Of a stretch of 64,000 nt of DNA, positions 39,350 through 49,926 are shown one piece after another; positions within the stretch are counted from its first letter, which is position 1, and each line of letters starts with the position of its first letter. The notes under the pieces were generated by a model, which had not been told where the DNA came from, did no database searches, and was given only the letters and a program-made list of their open reading frames with translations. The position numbers were made by a program, and so were the translations under genes. This DNA is from an uncultured delta proteobacterium. GTDB lineage: Bacteria; Desulfobacterota; Binatia; Binatales; Binataceae. The DNA lies in NCBI GenBank assembly GCA_963842085.1, contig CAWJET010000001.1:2464001-2528000 (forward strand). Direction: 5' to 3'.

Positions 39350-39550
39350 GTCCTGCGCATAGCACTCGAAGCTCCGACGCCTTGTTCGTAAACGAGCGCT
39401 CCGCCGGTCTTGCCCTGGTAGAGAAGCGCGCCTGCCGCGACAATCGCCACCAGCGGGAAAGCGATTCGGGTGCGTTCGAGCCGGTTCGGTAACTCGCGCC
39501 AACGGTTGAGCGCGACTTTCTCTCGAAGAAGAAGCGGCGAATAACCCGAT
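39350..39550 (-). pseudogene. Remnant of a DUF2231-like membrane protein 3' end
   Basis: LVAIVAAGALLYQGKTGGALVYEQGVG resembles the GGxLVYxxGVG motif; no intact start. Confidence 0.35.
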
Positions 39551-39567
39551 CACTCGCGGGCCGCTGG

Positions 39568-40752
39568 TCAGGCAATTGTGCCGGACGTGCGCAGGCGCTT
39601 TAGCTCATCCATCGAATAGCCGTGCGCCGCGAGCACCTCGTCGGTGTGCTCGCCGACCAGCGGCGGGCGAGTGATCTTGCCCGGCGTTGCCTCGAGCTTG
39701 GCGGCCAGTCCGGTGGTCAGGTATTCGCCGAGCTCTGGATGCGGCAGTTTGACCAGCATCTCGCGCGCGGCGGTTTGCGGATGCTTGAACATCTCCTCGA
39801 TCGTGAGAATGGGGCCCGACGGAATGCCCTCGCGATTGAGGATTTCGATCCATTGCTCGGCGGAATGCGGAGCGAGCGCGCGATTTATCTCCTCGGTGAG
39901 CGCGGTGCGGTTTTTCACGCGGCGGCCGCTGCTCCTGAATCGTTCATCGTCGGCCAGTTCCGGCCGGCCAATGACGACCACGAACTTTTTCCACATCGCC
40001 TCGTTGCCGCATGCGATATTGAACGGCCGATCGGACGCCTGGAACACCCCGTGCGGCGACGACAGCGGGTGATGGTTGCCAGCGGGAGCGGGCGTCACCC
40101 CCGTCTCGAAATAAATTCCGGCCGACCAGGTCAGGATGCTGACAATCGATTCGAGCAGCGAAGTCTCGACCCGCTGACCGCGGCCGTCGCGATGGCGCGC
40201 TTCGAGCGCGAGCAGAATGCCCTGCGCGGAGAAAATTCCGCCGAGCAGATCGCAGATGGCGATGCCGACGCGGGTCGGCCCGCTCTCGGCGGTGCCGGTT
40301 ACGCTCATCAGGCCCGACATCCCCTGCGCGATCTGATCGAACCCGGGAAAATCGCGCAGCGGCCCGCTCGAGCCGAAGCCCGAGATCGAGCAGGTGATGA
40401 TGCGCGGATTGCGCAGCGCGAGCGTTTCGTAGTCGAGTCCGAGCGCCTTCATGACGCCGGGGCGGAAGTTGTCGACCACGACGTCGGCGGCGTCGGCCAG
40501 GCGCATCAGGATTTCCCGTCCCTCGGGTTTTTTGATGGCGAGCCGGACGCTCTTCTTGGAGCGATTGGCGGAAAGAAAGAAGTAGCTGTCCGGACCTTTG
40601 CTGTCGCCGAGCTCGCCGCGCGGATTTTCGACCGGCTCGATCTTGAAAATCTCGGCGCCGTAATCGCCGAGGATTTGGGTGCAGAATGGACCGGCCAGAT
40701 AGCGCGTGAGATCGACAACTTTGATTCCGGCGAGCGGGGGTGATTGTGGCAT
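39568..40752 (-). CDS. CaiB/BaiF class III CoA-transferase
   Basis: DLTRYLAGPFC; NRSKKS; DNFRPG; GFDQIAQGMSG; GEHTDEVL. Confidence 0.93.
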   Translation of the reverse strand: MPQSPPLAGIKVVDLTRYLAGPFCTQILGDYGAEIFKIEPVENPRGELGDSKGPDSYFFLSANRSKKSVRLAIKKPEGREILMRLADAADVVVDNFRPGVMKALGLDYETLALRNPRIITCSISGFGSSGPLRDFPGFDQIAQGMSGLMSVTGTAESGPTRVGIAICDLLGGIFSAQGILLALEARHRDGRGQRVETSLLESIVSILTWSAGIYFETGVTPAPAGNHHPLSSPHGVFQASDRPFNIACGNEAMWKKFVVVIGRPELADDERFRSSGRRVKNRTALTEEINRALAPHSAEQWIEILNREGIPSGPILTIEEMFKHPQTAAREMLVKLPHPELGEYLTTGLAAKLEATPGKITRPPLVGEHTDEVLAAHGYSMDELKRLRTSGTIA

Positions 40753-40955
40753 GACCGTCAAGTTACTCGGCTCGGCGGAATTTGCTCAAGTCCGCGAAGT
40801 CGCGATGCGGCGGGAGTCGCGCGGGCGCACCACGCGAATCGCCTCGATGACGGCCGGGCCTATCTTTGGCCGCGAAACCCGCGTGGCGGCGCTACGTCTT
40901 AGAGGCAGAGTCTATGGAAACCTCTGGGCGATGGGATGATAATTGAGCACCGCCA

Positions 40956-42173
40956 ATGAAATTGCCGAGCTTGAAGAATAGCGCGTGGATGCTCGCGATT
41001 GCTGCGCTGGCCGTCGGCGCGGGTTGGTATTTCCTTGCCGGCAGCACGACCGCGCCGAAAATCGTTACCGCCAAGGTCACCGAAGGGCCGATCGTGCGCT
41101 CGGTCACGGCGACTGGAACGGTGAATCCGGTCATCACCGTGCAGGTTGGTACCTACGTGTCGGGGCCGATCACAGAGATTTATGCGGATTACAATGCGCC
41201 GGTGAAGAAGGGCCAGGCGATTGCGAAAATCGACCCACGCCCATACCAGGTGACGGTCGATATCGCGCATGCGACGCTGGCCAACTCGAAGGCGCAACTG
41301 GGCAAGGACCAGGCCGACCTCGACTACAAGAAGGTTACCTACGAGCGCGACCTGGCGCTCTACAAGGCCGACGCGGTGTCGAAGGACACGGTGGATTCCG
41401 CGTACAGCGCGTGGCAGATGGACGTCGCGCAGGTCAAGCTCGACCACGCCAATATCCAGCAGCAGACGGCCAACGTCGCGGCCGCCGAAGTCAACCTGAA
41501 CTACACCAATATCGTGTCGCCGGTTGACGGCACCGTCGTCTCGCGCAACGTCGACGTGGGCCAGACGGTGGCGGCCAGCTTTCAGACGCCGACGCTGTTT
41601 CTGATCGCCAAGGACCTGACCAAGATGCAGGTGGACTCGAACGTGAGCGAGTCCGATATCGGCTACGTCAAACAGGGGCAGAAGGCGACGTTTCGGGTCG
41701 ACGCGTTCCCGGACCGCGATTTCGAGGGAATTGTCAGCCAGGTTCGGCAAGCGCCGATCACGGTGCAGAACGTGGTGACCTACGACGTGGTGGTGAGCGT
41801 GGAAAATCCCGAGCTGCTGCTCAAGCCGGGGATGACGGCGAATGTGAACGTCGTAACGGCGTCCAAGGGCAACGTGGTGCGCGTGCCGATCGACGCACTG
41901 CGCTTTGCGCCACCGGGACAGCTGCCGGCTGATTCCGCGGCGATCGATGGAGCGCCGGGCCGCCAGACTCGAGTCTGGGTTCTCAAGAACCGCGAGGTCT
42001 CGCCGGTCACGATCACCACCGGGCTCAGCGATGGAACCTGGGTCGAGGTGGCCGAGGGCGACGTGCAGCCGGGAGAACGAGTGGTGACGGACGAAATTCG
42101 CAGCGCGGGATCGCACGGCGGAGGCTCCGGGTCGCACGGCGGCGGGATACCCGGGATGCACCTGCCCCATTAG
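40956..42173 (+). CDS. Efflux periplasmic adaptor (MacA-like)
   Basis: VQVGTYVSG; SPVDGTV...GQTVAASFQTPTLF; LKPGMTA. Confidence 0.9.
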   Translation: MKLPSLKNSAWMLAIAALAVGAGWYFLAGSTTAPKIVTAKVTEGPIVRSVTATGTVNPVITVQVGTYVSGPITEIYADYNAPVKKGQAIAKIDPRPYQVTVDIAHATLANSKAQLGKDQADLDYKKVTYERDLALYKADAVSKDTVDSAYSAWQMDVAQVKLDHANIQQQTANVAAAEVNLNYTNIVSPVDGTVVSRNVDVGQTVAASFQTPTLFLIAKDLTKMQVDSNVSESDIGYVKQGQKATFRVDAFPDRDFEGIVSQVRQAPITVQNVVTYDVVVSVENPELLLKPGMTANVNVVTASKGNVVRVPIDALRFAPPGQLPADSAAIDGAPGRQTRVWVLKNREVSPVTITTGLSDGTWVEVAEGDVQPGERVVTDEIRSAGSHGGGSGSHGGGIPGMHLPH

Positions 42174-42190
42174 CCGCGGGCGTTGGTCCG

Positions 42191-44338
42191 ATGAACACCG
42201 TTATTCAACTGGTCGATTTGACCAAGACCTACGTGCTGGGCGAGGTCGAGGTTCACGCGCTGCGCGGGGTCAACCTGACGATCGAGCGCGGCGAGTTCGT
42301 CGCGGTGATGGGTGCGTCGGGCTCGGGCAAATCGACGCTGATGAACATGCTCGGATGCCTGGACCGGCCGACCAGCGGCCGATACATCCTTGAGCGCGAG
42401 GACGTCGCGCGGCTGGACGAGTCGGAGCTGGCGACGATTCGCAGCCGTCGAGTCGGGTTCGTTTTTCAGAACTTCAATCTGCTGTCACGAACCTCGGCGC
42501 TCGAGAACATCGAACTGCCGCTGTTCTACTCGGCCTGGACCGCCGACGGAGAGAGTCGCGCGGCCGACCTGGTGAAACTGGTGGGGCTGGCGGGCCGCGA
42601 ACAGAGCCATCCCAATCAACTCTCCGGCGGGCAGCAGCAACGCGTCGCGATCGCACGCGCGCTGGTCAATCACCCGTCGATACTGCTCGCCGACGAGCCG
42701 ACCGGCAATCTCGATTCGACCAACTCGGCCGAAATAATGGACGTCCTCACCCGGCTGAATCGCGAACAAGGGATCACGGTGATCGTTGTGACGCACGACC
42801 CCGACGTGGCGGCATACGCGGACCGAATCGTGACGTTTCGCGACGGCGCGATCGTCTCGGATACGCGAAAAGCGGGAACCGCCGCGCGCGGCGGAGTGGG
42901 CGGCAAGACGGCGCCGGCGGCGCAGCAAGTGGAGTCGAAGCAGCGGGCGGCGTCGCTCGTGGACGAGGCCTGGACCTTCGCCAGCATGGCGATGGTCGCG
43001 GCGGGGCGCGCGATCAGGCGCAACAAGCTGCGCGCCGCGCTCACGATGCTGGGAATTTTCATCGGCGTCGCGGCAGTGATCGCGATGGTGGCGGTGGGCG
43101 ACGGCGCGAAGTCGTCGGTCGAGGCGCAAATCAACAGCCTCGGCACCAACCTGCTGATAGTGCTGCCGGGCGCGACCACCGCCAACGGCGTGCGCGCAGG
43201 GCTGGGCAGCAACTCGACGCTAACGGTCGGCGATGCGCAGGCGATTGCGCGCGGCGGCGGGCCGGTCGCGCTGGTGACCTACATGGATCGGCAGGTGGCG
43301 CAGGTGGTCTCCGGCAACCGCAACTGGAGCACGAACATCCAGGGCACCACCTCGAGCTATTTTGCGATCCGCGATTGGCCGCCGTCGATCGGGCGCACCT
43401 TCACCGACTCCGAGGAAAGGGCGGGCGCGGCCGTGTGCCTGCTCGGACAGACGGTGGTCAACAACCTGTTCGGCGAGGGTCAGAATCCGGTCGGCGCGAC
43501 GGTCCGGGTCAAGAACTTCCCGATGAAAGTAATCGGCGTGCTGTCGGTCAAGGGACAATCGAGCTACGGGCAGGATCAGGACGACGTGGTGATCGTGCCG
43601 TTCAACACTGCCGAGCGCAAAGTCCTGGGCGTGTCGGCGCCGCAGTCGACACCGGCGCCCGCGGCGGTCGCGACGGCGAGCACGACCAACGTTTATTCGT
43701 CGGTGCCGACCACCAATTCGGTTTACAGTTCGAGCACCGAAGCGAGCAGCCCTTTCGGCAGCGCGCCAAAGATCACCGGCGTCGTCAACATGATGTTCGT
43801 CAAAGCGAGCAGCTCCGACCAGGTGGACAACGCGCTCGCGCAAATCACCCGCACGCTGCACGAGCGCCACCATATCGAGCCGAAACAGGACGACGACTTC
43901 ACGGTGCGCAATCTCAGTGAGATAGCGGCGGCGTCCGAGAACGCGACGCAGGTGATGACGATGTTGCTGCTGACGGTGGCCTCGATTTCGCTGCTGGTGG
44001 GCGGCATCGGCATCATGAACATCATGCTGGTGTCGGTCACGGAGCGCACGCGCGAGATAGGAATCCGCATGGCGATCGGCGCGCGCCGCATCCACATCAT
44101 GCTGCAGTTCCTGGTCGAGGCGATGCTGCTGTCGGCGATGGGTGGGTTGGCGGGGATCGTGCTGGGGGTCCTCGTGTCGAAGCTGATTTCGGCACTGGCG
44201 CAATGGCCGACGCTGGTCTCGCCGGTGGCAGTGGTGGGCGGTTTCATTTTTTCGGCGGCGGTGGGGATTTTCTTCGGCTATTATCCGGCGCGTAAAGCGA
44301 GCCTGCTGCACCCGATCGACGCATTGCGTTACGAATAG
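42191..44338 (+). CDS. MacB-like ABC exporter (fused ATPase-permease)
   Basis: GASGSGKST; LSGGQQQR; DEPTGNLD; GGIGIMNIMLVSVTERTREIG. Confidence 0.92.
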   Translation: MNTVIQLVDLTKTYVLGEVEVHALRGVNLTIERGEFVAVMGASGSGKSTLMNMLGCLDRPTSGRYILEREDVARLDESELATIRSRRVGFVFQNFNLLSRTSALENIELPLFYSAWTADGESRAADLVKLVGLAGREQSHPNQLSGGQQQRVAIARALVNHPSILLADEPTGNLDSTNSAEIMDVLTRLNREQGITVIVVTHDPDVAAYADRIVTFRDGAIVSDTRKAGTAARGGVGGKTAPAAQQVESKQRAASLVDEAWTFASMAMVAAGRAIRRNKLRAALTMLGIFIGVAAVIAMVAVGDGAKSSVEAQINSLGTNLLIVLPGATTANGVRAGLGSNSTLTVGDAQAIARGGGPVALVTYMDRQVAQVVSGNRNWSTNIQGTTSSYFAIRDWPPSIGRTFTDSEERAGAAVCLLGQTVVNNLFGEGQNPVGATVRVKNFPMKVIGVLSVKGQSSYGQDQDDVVIVPFNTAERKVLGVSAPQSTPAPAAVATASTTNVYSSVPTTNSVYSSSTEASSPFGSAPKITGVVNMMFVKASSSDQVDNALAQITRTLHERHHIEPKQDDDFTVRNLSEIAAASENATQVMTMLLLTVASISLLVGGIGIMNIMLVSVTERTREIGIRMAIGARRIHIMLQFLVEAMLLSAMGGLAGIVLGVLVSKLISALAQWPTLVSPVAVVGGFIFSAAVGIFFGYYPARKASLLHPIDALRYE

Positions 44339-44563
44339 CTCAGTCCGACGGGCTCTTTCGCGCGTGATCTAATGATTTTCGGCAGAAAATCAGATACTTA
44401 GCGGATTAAGCGCAACGGTTCTTTGCATAACCATTTCTTATGTTTGATGACTTTTATGTGAAGAAAAAATTATTTTGTCCTTGTCTCCCGCGTGCACATG
44501 TGATGACCTGAATAGGTAATTCTGTCAGGCCTGCCTTTTCGCAGTCGCCAGGAGGTCCCTAGA

Positions 44564-45868
44564 ATGCTTTTTCGTTGTACCCGCATCGCATGGAAAGTAG
44601 CGGGTGTCGGCGCGCTCGTGATGAGCTTCGGTCTGTTCGCCGCCACCGCCCGGGCCGGAGTTAGGCCCGGAGACGTCATCACCCCGCAGAACGCGTCGCA
44701 GGTCAAAGACCTGGTGTCACCCGGGGTCTACTACATGGTGACGCACGGTATGCACATGGACATTGTGCCCACCGAGCGCATCGATTGGCCGCCGCCGTAC
44801 AAGGACGCGACCGAAAAGTACTCGTCGCAAGTCCGCTTGACCGACGACCATCGCTCACTGGTCGGCTACGTCGCGGGCCAGCCCTTCCCGCTGATCGATA
44901 CCAACGACCCGCAAGTTGGGACCAAGATCATGTGGAACAACGTGTTCCGTCCGATCAGCACCGACGACTACGACCTGCGCTTTTTCGACTGCCAGATCGA
45001 GTACGTCAATCCGGGTCACGCGCAGAAGGTCATCAACGACATCCAGGTCGGCCATTACGCCGGCTACGACCTGGTGGGACGCACGGAAGTCGAGCCGCTG
45101 CCGATCGATCCCGACTTCAAGAAAACCGGCCGCCTGTGGCTGTTCGGTCTGTACCCGCTGCTCGCGCCGCAGGAAGCGCGCGGCCAGGGCCTGATTCGTT
45201 ATCGCTACGCATCACCCACCCAGGGTGACGACACCTGGGATTGGAATCCCGGCAGCCGCCGCGTGCGGCGCTTGAACGAGTCGCTGAACAGCAGCGCGAC
45301 CGGAGCGCAGAGCTTCGACCCCGACCACTATTCGGGCTTCAATCCGAAGACCGAAGAGTACAACTACAAGTTCCTGGGCGAGAAAGAGATGCTCGCGGTG
45401 GTTCACGCCAAACATTCGCCCGAGGTAACCTGCCCGACCGACGGCGGCGCCTCAGCCTGCCCCGAGGATTGGGAGATGCGCCACATGTACGTGGTCGAGG
45501 CGACTCCGAATCGCACGGTCGGCCAGGCCGGCAACGTGCTCGACAGGGACACCGTCGTGTACATGGACTCCGAAGTGTGGTTCGAGCCGTACGTGGACGG
45601 TTACGACCAGAAGGGCGCGCTGTGGCGCACCAACATCTTCTGGGCGGCGTACCGCGATCGTCCGGTGCCCGATGCGAAGGTGGCAATCTATCCCTTCAAG
45701 CGCGAGTTCATCGTGGGCTCAGCCCGCTACGACGTGCAGTCGGGTTTTGCTACGATGTGTTATCTGCCGGGACAGAACACGCCCGAGCGCGAGTGCTGGT
45801 ATATTAACATGGGCGCGGTGGACAAGGATTTCTTCACCACCGAAGCCATGGTAAAGGCGGCTCCATAA
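44564..45868 (+). CDS. DUF1329 domain-containing secreted protein, paralog 1
   Basis: Signal peptide; PGDVITPQN; GQPFP..D..DP; RRVRR; WEMR. Confidence 0.8.
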   Translation: MLFRCTRIAWKVAGVGALVMSFGLFAATARAGVRPGDVITPQNASQVKDLVSPGVYYMVTHGMHMDIVPTERIDWPPPYKDATEKYSSQVRLTDDHRSLVGYVAGQPFPLIDTNDPQVGTKIMWNNVFRPISTDDYDLRFFDCQIEYVNPGHAQKVINDIQVGHYAGYDLVGRTEVEPLPIDPDFKKTGRLWLFGLYPLLAPQEARGQGLIRYRYASPTQGDDTWDWNPGSRRVRRLNESLNSSATGAQSFDPDHYSGFNPKTEEYNYKFLGEKEMLAVVHAKHSPEVTCPTDGGASACPEDWEMRHMYVVEATPNRTVGQAGNVLDRDTVVYMDSEVWFEPYVDGYDQKGALWRTNIFWAAYRDRPVPDAKVAIYPFKREFIVGSARYDVQSGFATMCYLPGQNTPERECWYINMGAVDKDFFTTEAMVKAAP

Positions 45869-45916
45869 GCAAGTTTAGCCTGATAAATCGGGGACTTAGC
45901 TTCCCCTGACAGCTCG

Positions 45917-45960
45917 GCGGGGCGGTGCGGCGAAAAGGCTGCATCGCCCCGCGCTTTTTT
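45917..45960 (+). terminator. Rho-independent terminator between the DUF1329 genes
   Basis: GCGGGGCGGTGCGGC-loop-GCTGCATCGCCCCGC followed by T6. Confidence 0.75.
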
Positions 45961-46086
45961 GGCAACGGAAATGTCTGAGAGTAGAATTAAAGAACAATTT
46001 GATGATATAGAGGCGTAGATACTTGACTCCGAATAAATTCACGACCCAGAATTGAAGCTCAAATGACGGAGGGAGGTGGCACACTA

Positions 46087-47382
46087 ATGGTCAAGCGTGC
46101 TTTGGGGAAGACAATGCTGAGCGTGGGGATGCCGGCGTTGGGCTTATGTCTCATCGTGGCTTCAGCTAATGCGACCGTGAAGCCAGGCGAGGTCATAGCT
46201 CCCAGCAACGCGGCGCAGGTCAGAGACCTGGTTTCGCCCGGGGTGTATTACGCGGTTACTCACGGAATGCGGATGAACATCGTCCCGACCGAGCGAGTCG
46301 AGTGGCCGCCGCCGTACAGGGACGCAACGGAGAAGTATTCGCAGCAGGTCCGGCTCACCAACGATCATCGCAGCATGGTCGGCTACGTCGCCGGGCAGCC
46401 GTTTCCGTTGATCGATCCCAACGATCCGTACGTAGCGACAAAAATCATCTGGAACAACGTGTTCCGGCCAATCTCGAGCGATGACTACGATCTGCGCTTC
46501 TACGATTGCCAGAGCGAATACGTTCGTCCGGGCCAGGACCAGAAAATTATCGACGACATCGAGGTCGGTCACTACGCCGGCTACAACCTGGTGGGAAGAA
46601 CCGAGGTCGAGCCCTTGCCGGTCGATCCGGACTTCAAGCAGTCGGGGCGGTTGTGGCTGTTCGCTCTGTACCCGGTGCTGGCGCCGGAGGAGGCGCGCGG
46701 AACCGGACTGATCCGCTATCGCTACGCAGACCCGAACCGCGGCGACGACAGTTGGGATTGGACGCCCGGCACCCGCCGCGTGCGCCGCCTGAACGAGTCG
46801 ATTCTCTCCAGCGCCACCGGTGCGCAGAGCTACGATCCCGATCACTATTCCGGCTTCAACCCCAAGACCGAGCAGTACAACTACCGGTACCTGGGCGAAA
46901 AGCAGATGCTCGCGACCGTGCACGCGCAGCATTCACCCGAAGAGACCTGTCCCTACGATGGTGGTGCGACCGCATGCTCCGAGGCTTGGGAACTGCGTCA
47001 CATGTACATCGTCGAGGCGATGCCACGGACCGACAGATTGGGTGGCGGCGCGCTCGACAAACAGACCGACGTTTACCTGGACGCCGAAGTATGGTTCGAG
47101 CCTTACATCGACACCTACGACCAGAAGGGTCATTTGTGGCGCACGCACATCTACTGGCTGGCCTATCGCGACCGCCCGGTGCCGGACGCCCGCGTTGCGA
47201 TCTACCCGTTCAAGCGTGAGTTCGTGGTGGGCGCGGCTTCGATCGACACGCAGGGAAACTTCTCGACGATGTGTTACCTGCCGGGCCAGCACACGCCTGA
47301 GCGCGAATGCTGGTACATCAACATGGGAGCAGTCGACAAGGATTTCTGTACGGTAAAGGCGATGGTGGCCGCCGCTCCTTAG
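46087..47382 (+). CDS. DUF1329 domain-containing secreted protein, paralog 2
   Basis: Long stretches identical to paralog 1; GGAGGT RBS; distinct signal peptide. Confidence 0.8.
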   Translation: MVKRALGKTMLSVGMPALGLCLIVASANATVKPGEVIAPSNAAQVRDLVSPGVYYAVTHGMRMNIVPTERVEWPPPYRDATEKYSQQVRLTNDHRSMVGYVAGQPFPLIDPNDPYVATKIIWNNVFRPISSDDYDLRFYDCQSEYVRPGQDQKIIDDIEVGHYAGYNLVGRTEVEPLPVDPDFKQSGRLWLFALYPVLAPEEARGTGLIRYRYADPNRGDDSWDWTPGTRRVRRLNESILSSATGAQSYDPDHYSGFNPKTEQYNYRYLGEKQMLATVHAQHSPEETCPYDGGATACSEAWELRHMYIVEAMPRTDRLGGGALDKQTDVYLDAEVWFEPYIDTYDQKGHLWRTHIYWLAYRDRPVPDARVAIYPFKREFVVGAASIDTQGNFSTMCYLPGQHTPERECWYINMGAVDKDFCTVKAMVAAAP

Positions 47383-47737
47383 GCGCTTGCTCGAGCAGCC
47401 TGGCTGATTGCTGAAAACAGGCGCGGAGCAAAGCGGCTGAAGGCCGTGGGGCTCCGCGCTTGTGTTTTTCGACTATCCACAGGGCGTTGGCAGGGGCCGT
47501 TTACAAATGCAGATCGGCGGAATACAGTCTGCGCCGTGTCGCGTGGATGCGGTCTCTGCGCCGCCAGCGCGATCCTAAGAAACGGTCCCGCGTCCGACGC
47601 CGGCGCGGATGCGCCTCGCAGGTCCAACGAGTCGCTCTGCGCCGGCAATTTTTCCACCGCACCAAATTTCGTTCGCCTAGCCGAGTCGCGCGTTGACAGC
47701 GCCGGCATCGCTCCACCACAATCGGCGCAACTCACCC

Positions 47738-48874
47738 ATGGCGTTGGCAGGATTCAAGATCATCGACGCGGACGGCCACGTGACCGAGCCGGCGTCGCTC
47801 TACACGACCCACATCGATCCGAAATTCCGCGCAGCCGCGGACGCTTTGCTGTCGCGAGTCGGCGCCGGCAATCTCGGAATCGTTCCGGCGCTGTATCCGA
47901 AGTGGCGCTCTGCAGAACGTCCGCTCGGCGAGGCGAACGAAGTCCTCGGCCTCGGCAAACTCCCGTCGGGCCGCAACCATCCGCTGGCCTCGCCTGCCGG
48001 CGGCTACGATCCGGCCGAGCGCATCCGCGACATGGACAAGGAGGGTATCGACATTGCGGTCTGCTTCGCGACGGTGGCGACTTCGGTATGCGCCGCGAGC
48101 GATCTCGCGATGGAAGCCGCCCTCGCGCGCGCCTACAACCGATGGGTCGGCGAGTATTGCGGCGCGTTCCCGGCGCGGATCAAAGCGGTCGGGATCGTTC
48201 CGCAGCGCGAGATGGAGCGATGCGCCGCGGAGGTCGCGTATCTTGCGCGCGAGCCGTGGGCGGTCGGCATCATGACCTTCGGCAATCTCGACGGGATGCT
48301 GCCCGACCATCCGTACTTCGATCCGCTATATCGAGCCGCGCAGGACGCCGAATTGCCGCTCTGCTTTCACGGCGGCACCGACCGTCCGCCGTTCGCGCCG
48401 GGCCGCGAGGATGTGGGCAACAACATGTTCATGATGCATCTGACCGGGCACGTCTGGCATCAGATGCGCGCGATGGCGGCTGCAGTCGGCGGCGGATTGT
48501 TCGAGCGCTACCCGACGCTCAGGCTGGGCTTCTTCGAAGGCGGAATCTCATGGGTGCCGTGGTGGGCCGAGCGGATGGACGCGCATTACAAGCACTTCGC
48601 GCGTCACACGCCGCATCTGACGCGCAAACCGTCCGAGCACATGCGCGGGGAGCGATGCTTCTTCACGTTCGATCCCGACGAGACGATGCTGCCCGAGGCG
48701 ATGCGCCTCCTGGGCGTGCCGCGCCTGATGTGGGCCTCGGACTATCCGCATTTCGACGCCGAGTTTCCCGACGCCGCCGAAATCGTGGTCAACAATTGGC
48801 GCCTCTCACCCGACGAGAAGCGCGCCCTCCTGGCCGAAAACGCGCTGCGTTTCTTCCGGCGAATCGCCGCGTAA
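47738..48874 (+). CDS. Amidohydrolase family 2 protein
   Basis: IIDADGHVTE; AYNRW; FHGG; FEGG; WASDYPH. Confidence 0.9.
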   Translation: MALAGFKIIDADGHVTEPASLYTTHIDPKFRAAADALLSRVGAGNLGIVPALYPKWRSAERPLGEANEVLGLGKLPSGRNHPLASPAGGYDPAERIRDMDKEGIDIAVCFATVATSVCAASDLAMEAALARAYNRWVGEYCGAFPARIKAVGIVPQREMERCAAEVAYLAREPWAVGIMTFGNLDGMLPDHPYFDPLYRAAQDAELPLCFHGGTDRPPFAPGREDVGNNMFMMHLTGHVWHQMRAMAAAVGGGLFERYPTLRLGFFEGGISWVPWWAERMDAHYKHFARHTPHLTRKPSEHMRGERCFFTFDPDETMLPEAMRLLGVPRLMWASDYPHFDAEFPDAAEIVVNNWRLSPDEKRALLAENALRFFRRIAA

Positions 48875-48879
48875 CCGGG

Positions 48880-49926
48880 TCAAACCTTGAAGCGAATGTG
48901 AATCATGTCGCCGTCGCGCATCACGTAGTCGCGGCCCTCGAGTCTTAGCTTGCCGGCCTCTTTGACCTTCGCGTCGGACTTGTGGATGGCAAAATCCTCG
49001 TAGCTGACAACTTCAGCGCGGATGAATCCGCGCGCGATGTCGGTGTGAATCACGCCGGCCGCATCCAGAGCCGATTCGCCGCGGCGGAGCGACCATGCAT
49101 GGGCTTCGGGCTCGCCGGCGGTGTAAAAGGTGATGAGCCCGAGATGGTTGTAGAGCGCGCCGATCAGGCGGTAGCGCGCGGGCGCGTCGAGGCCAGCGTC
49201 CTTGAGCATCTCTTTTTGGCCGGCCTCATCAAGTTCCCACAACTCCGACTCGAAGGCGGCTGCCAGCCTGAAGACCTCGAGTCCGTGCGCGCGCACGGTG
49301 GCGCACTCGGCATCGGTGATGTCGGCGGCGGCGCGTTCCATCTCGCAGTTGACGGTGACCAACGCCGGCTTGCGCGAGAGAAACCCGAAGCTCGAAAACG
49401 CCTGGTTCTCCTGCGCGGTCAGCTCGAGCAGCCTCAGCGCCTTGCCGTCGCCGAGCCACGCGATCACTTTCTCGAGCGCCGTGCGCTCGAAATCGCTGCC
49501 GCCCTTTTCTTTCTTCAGCCGCTCGAGGCGGCGCTCGGCCTGATCGAAGTCGGCGAACACCAGTTCGCCCTCGATGCTCTCGAGCGTCGCGACCAGATCT
49601 TTTTCCATCCCGGCGAACTGCGGAATGACGATCAGCAGCGCGTCCATGTCGCGCACCAGCGGCAGCAGGCTCGGGTCGAGCGCGGCGCCCTCCTTCTGCT
49701 CCTTGGGATTTGGCGCGAAGTCGAGGATGGTGAGCTCGACCGGAATTTTTTTCTTCGAGCCGTAGGCCGCTTCAAGAAAATCGAGCCGCGGATCCGTGAC
49801 CTTGATTTGTCCGGGACGCGCGCGATTGCGGCCCTCAGCCGTTCCCGGAATCGGTGCGAGTCCTGTCAGCGCGCGAAATACGGTCGATTTTCCGGCGCCC
49901 CGCGCGCCGATGATGCCAGTCTTCAA
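48880..49926 (-). CDS. YchF-like (DUF933/TGS) NTPase with divergent G motifs
   Basis: C-terminal AAGVIHTDIARGFIRAEV and RLEGRDYVMRDGD; P-loop GARGAGKST; G3 reads DFAP. Confidence 0.85.
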   Translation of the reverse strand: MKTGIIGARGAGKSTVFRALTGLAPIPGTAEGRNRARPGQIKVTDPRLDFLEAAYGSKKKIPVELTILDFAPNPKEQKEGAALDPSLLPLVRDMDALLIVIPQFAGMEKDLVATLESIEGELVFADFDQAERRLERLKKEKGGSDFERTALEKVIAWLGDGKALRLLELTAQENQAFSSFGFLSRKPALVTVNCEMERAAADITDAECATVRAHGLEVFRLAAAFESELWELDEAGQKEMLKDAGLDAPARYRLIGALYNHLGLITFYTAGEPEAHAWSLRRGESALDAAGVIHTDIARGFIRAEVVSYEDFAIHKSDAKVKEAGKLRLEGRDYVMRDGDMIHIRFKV

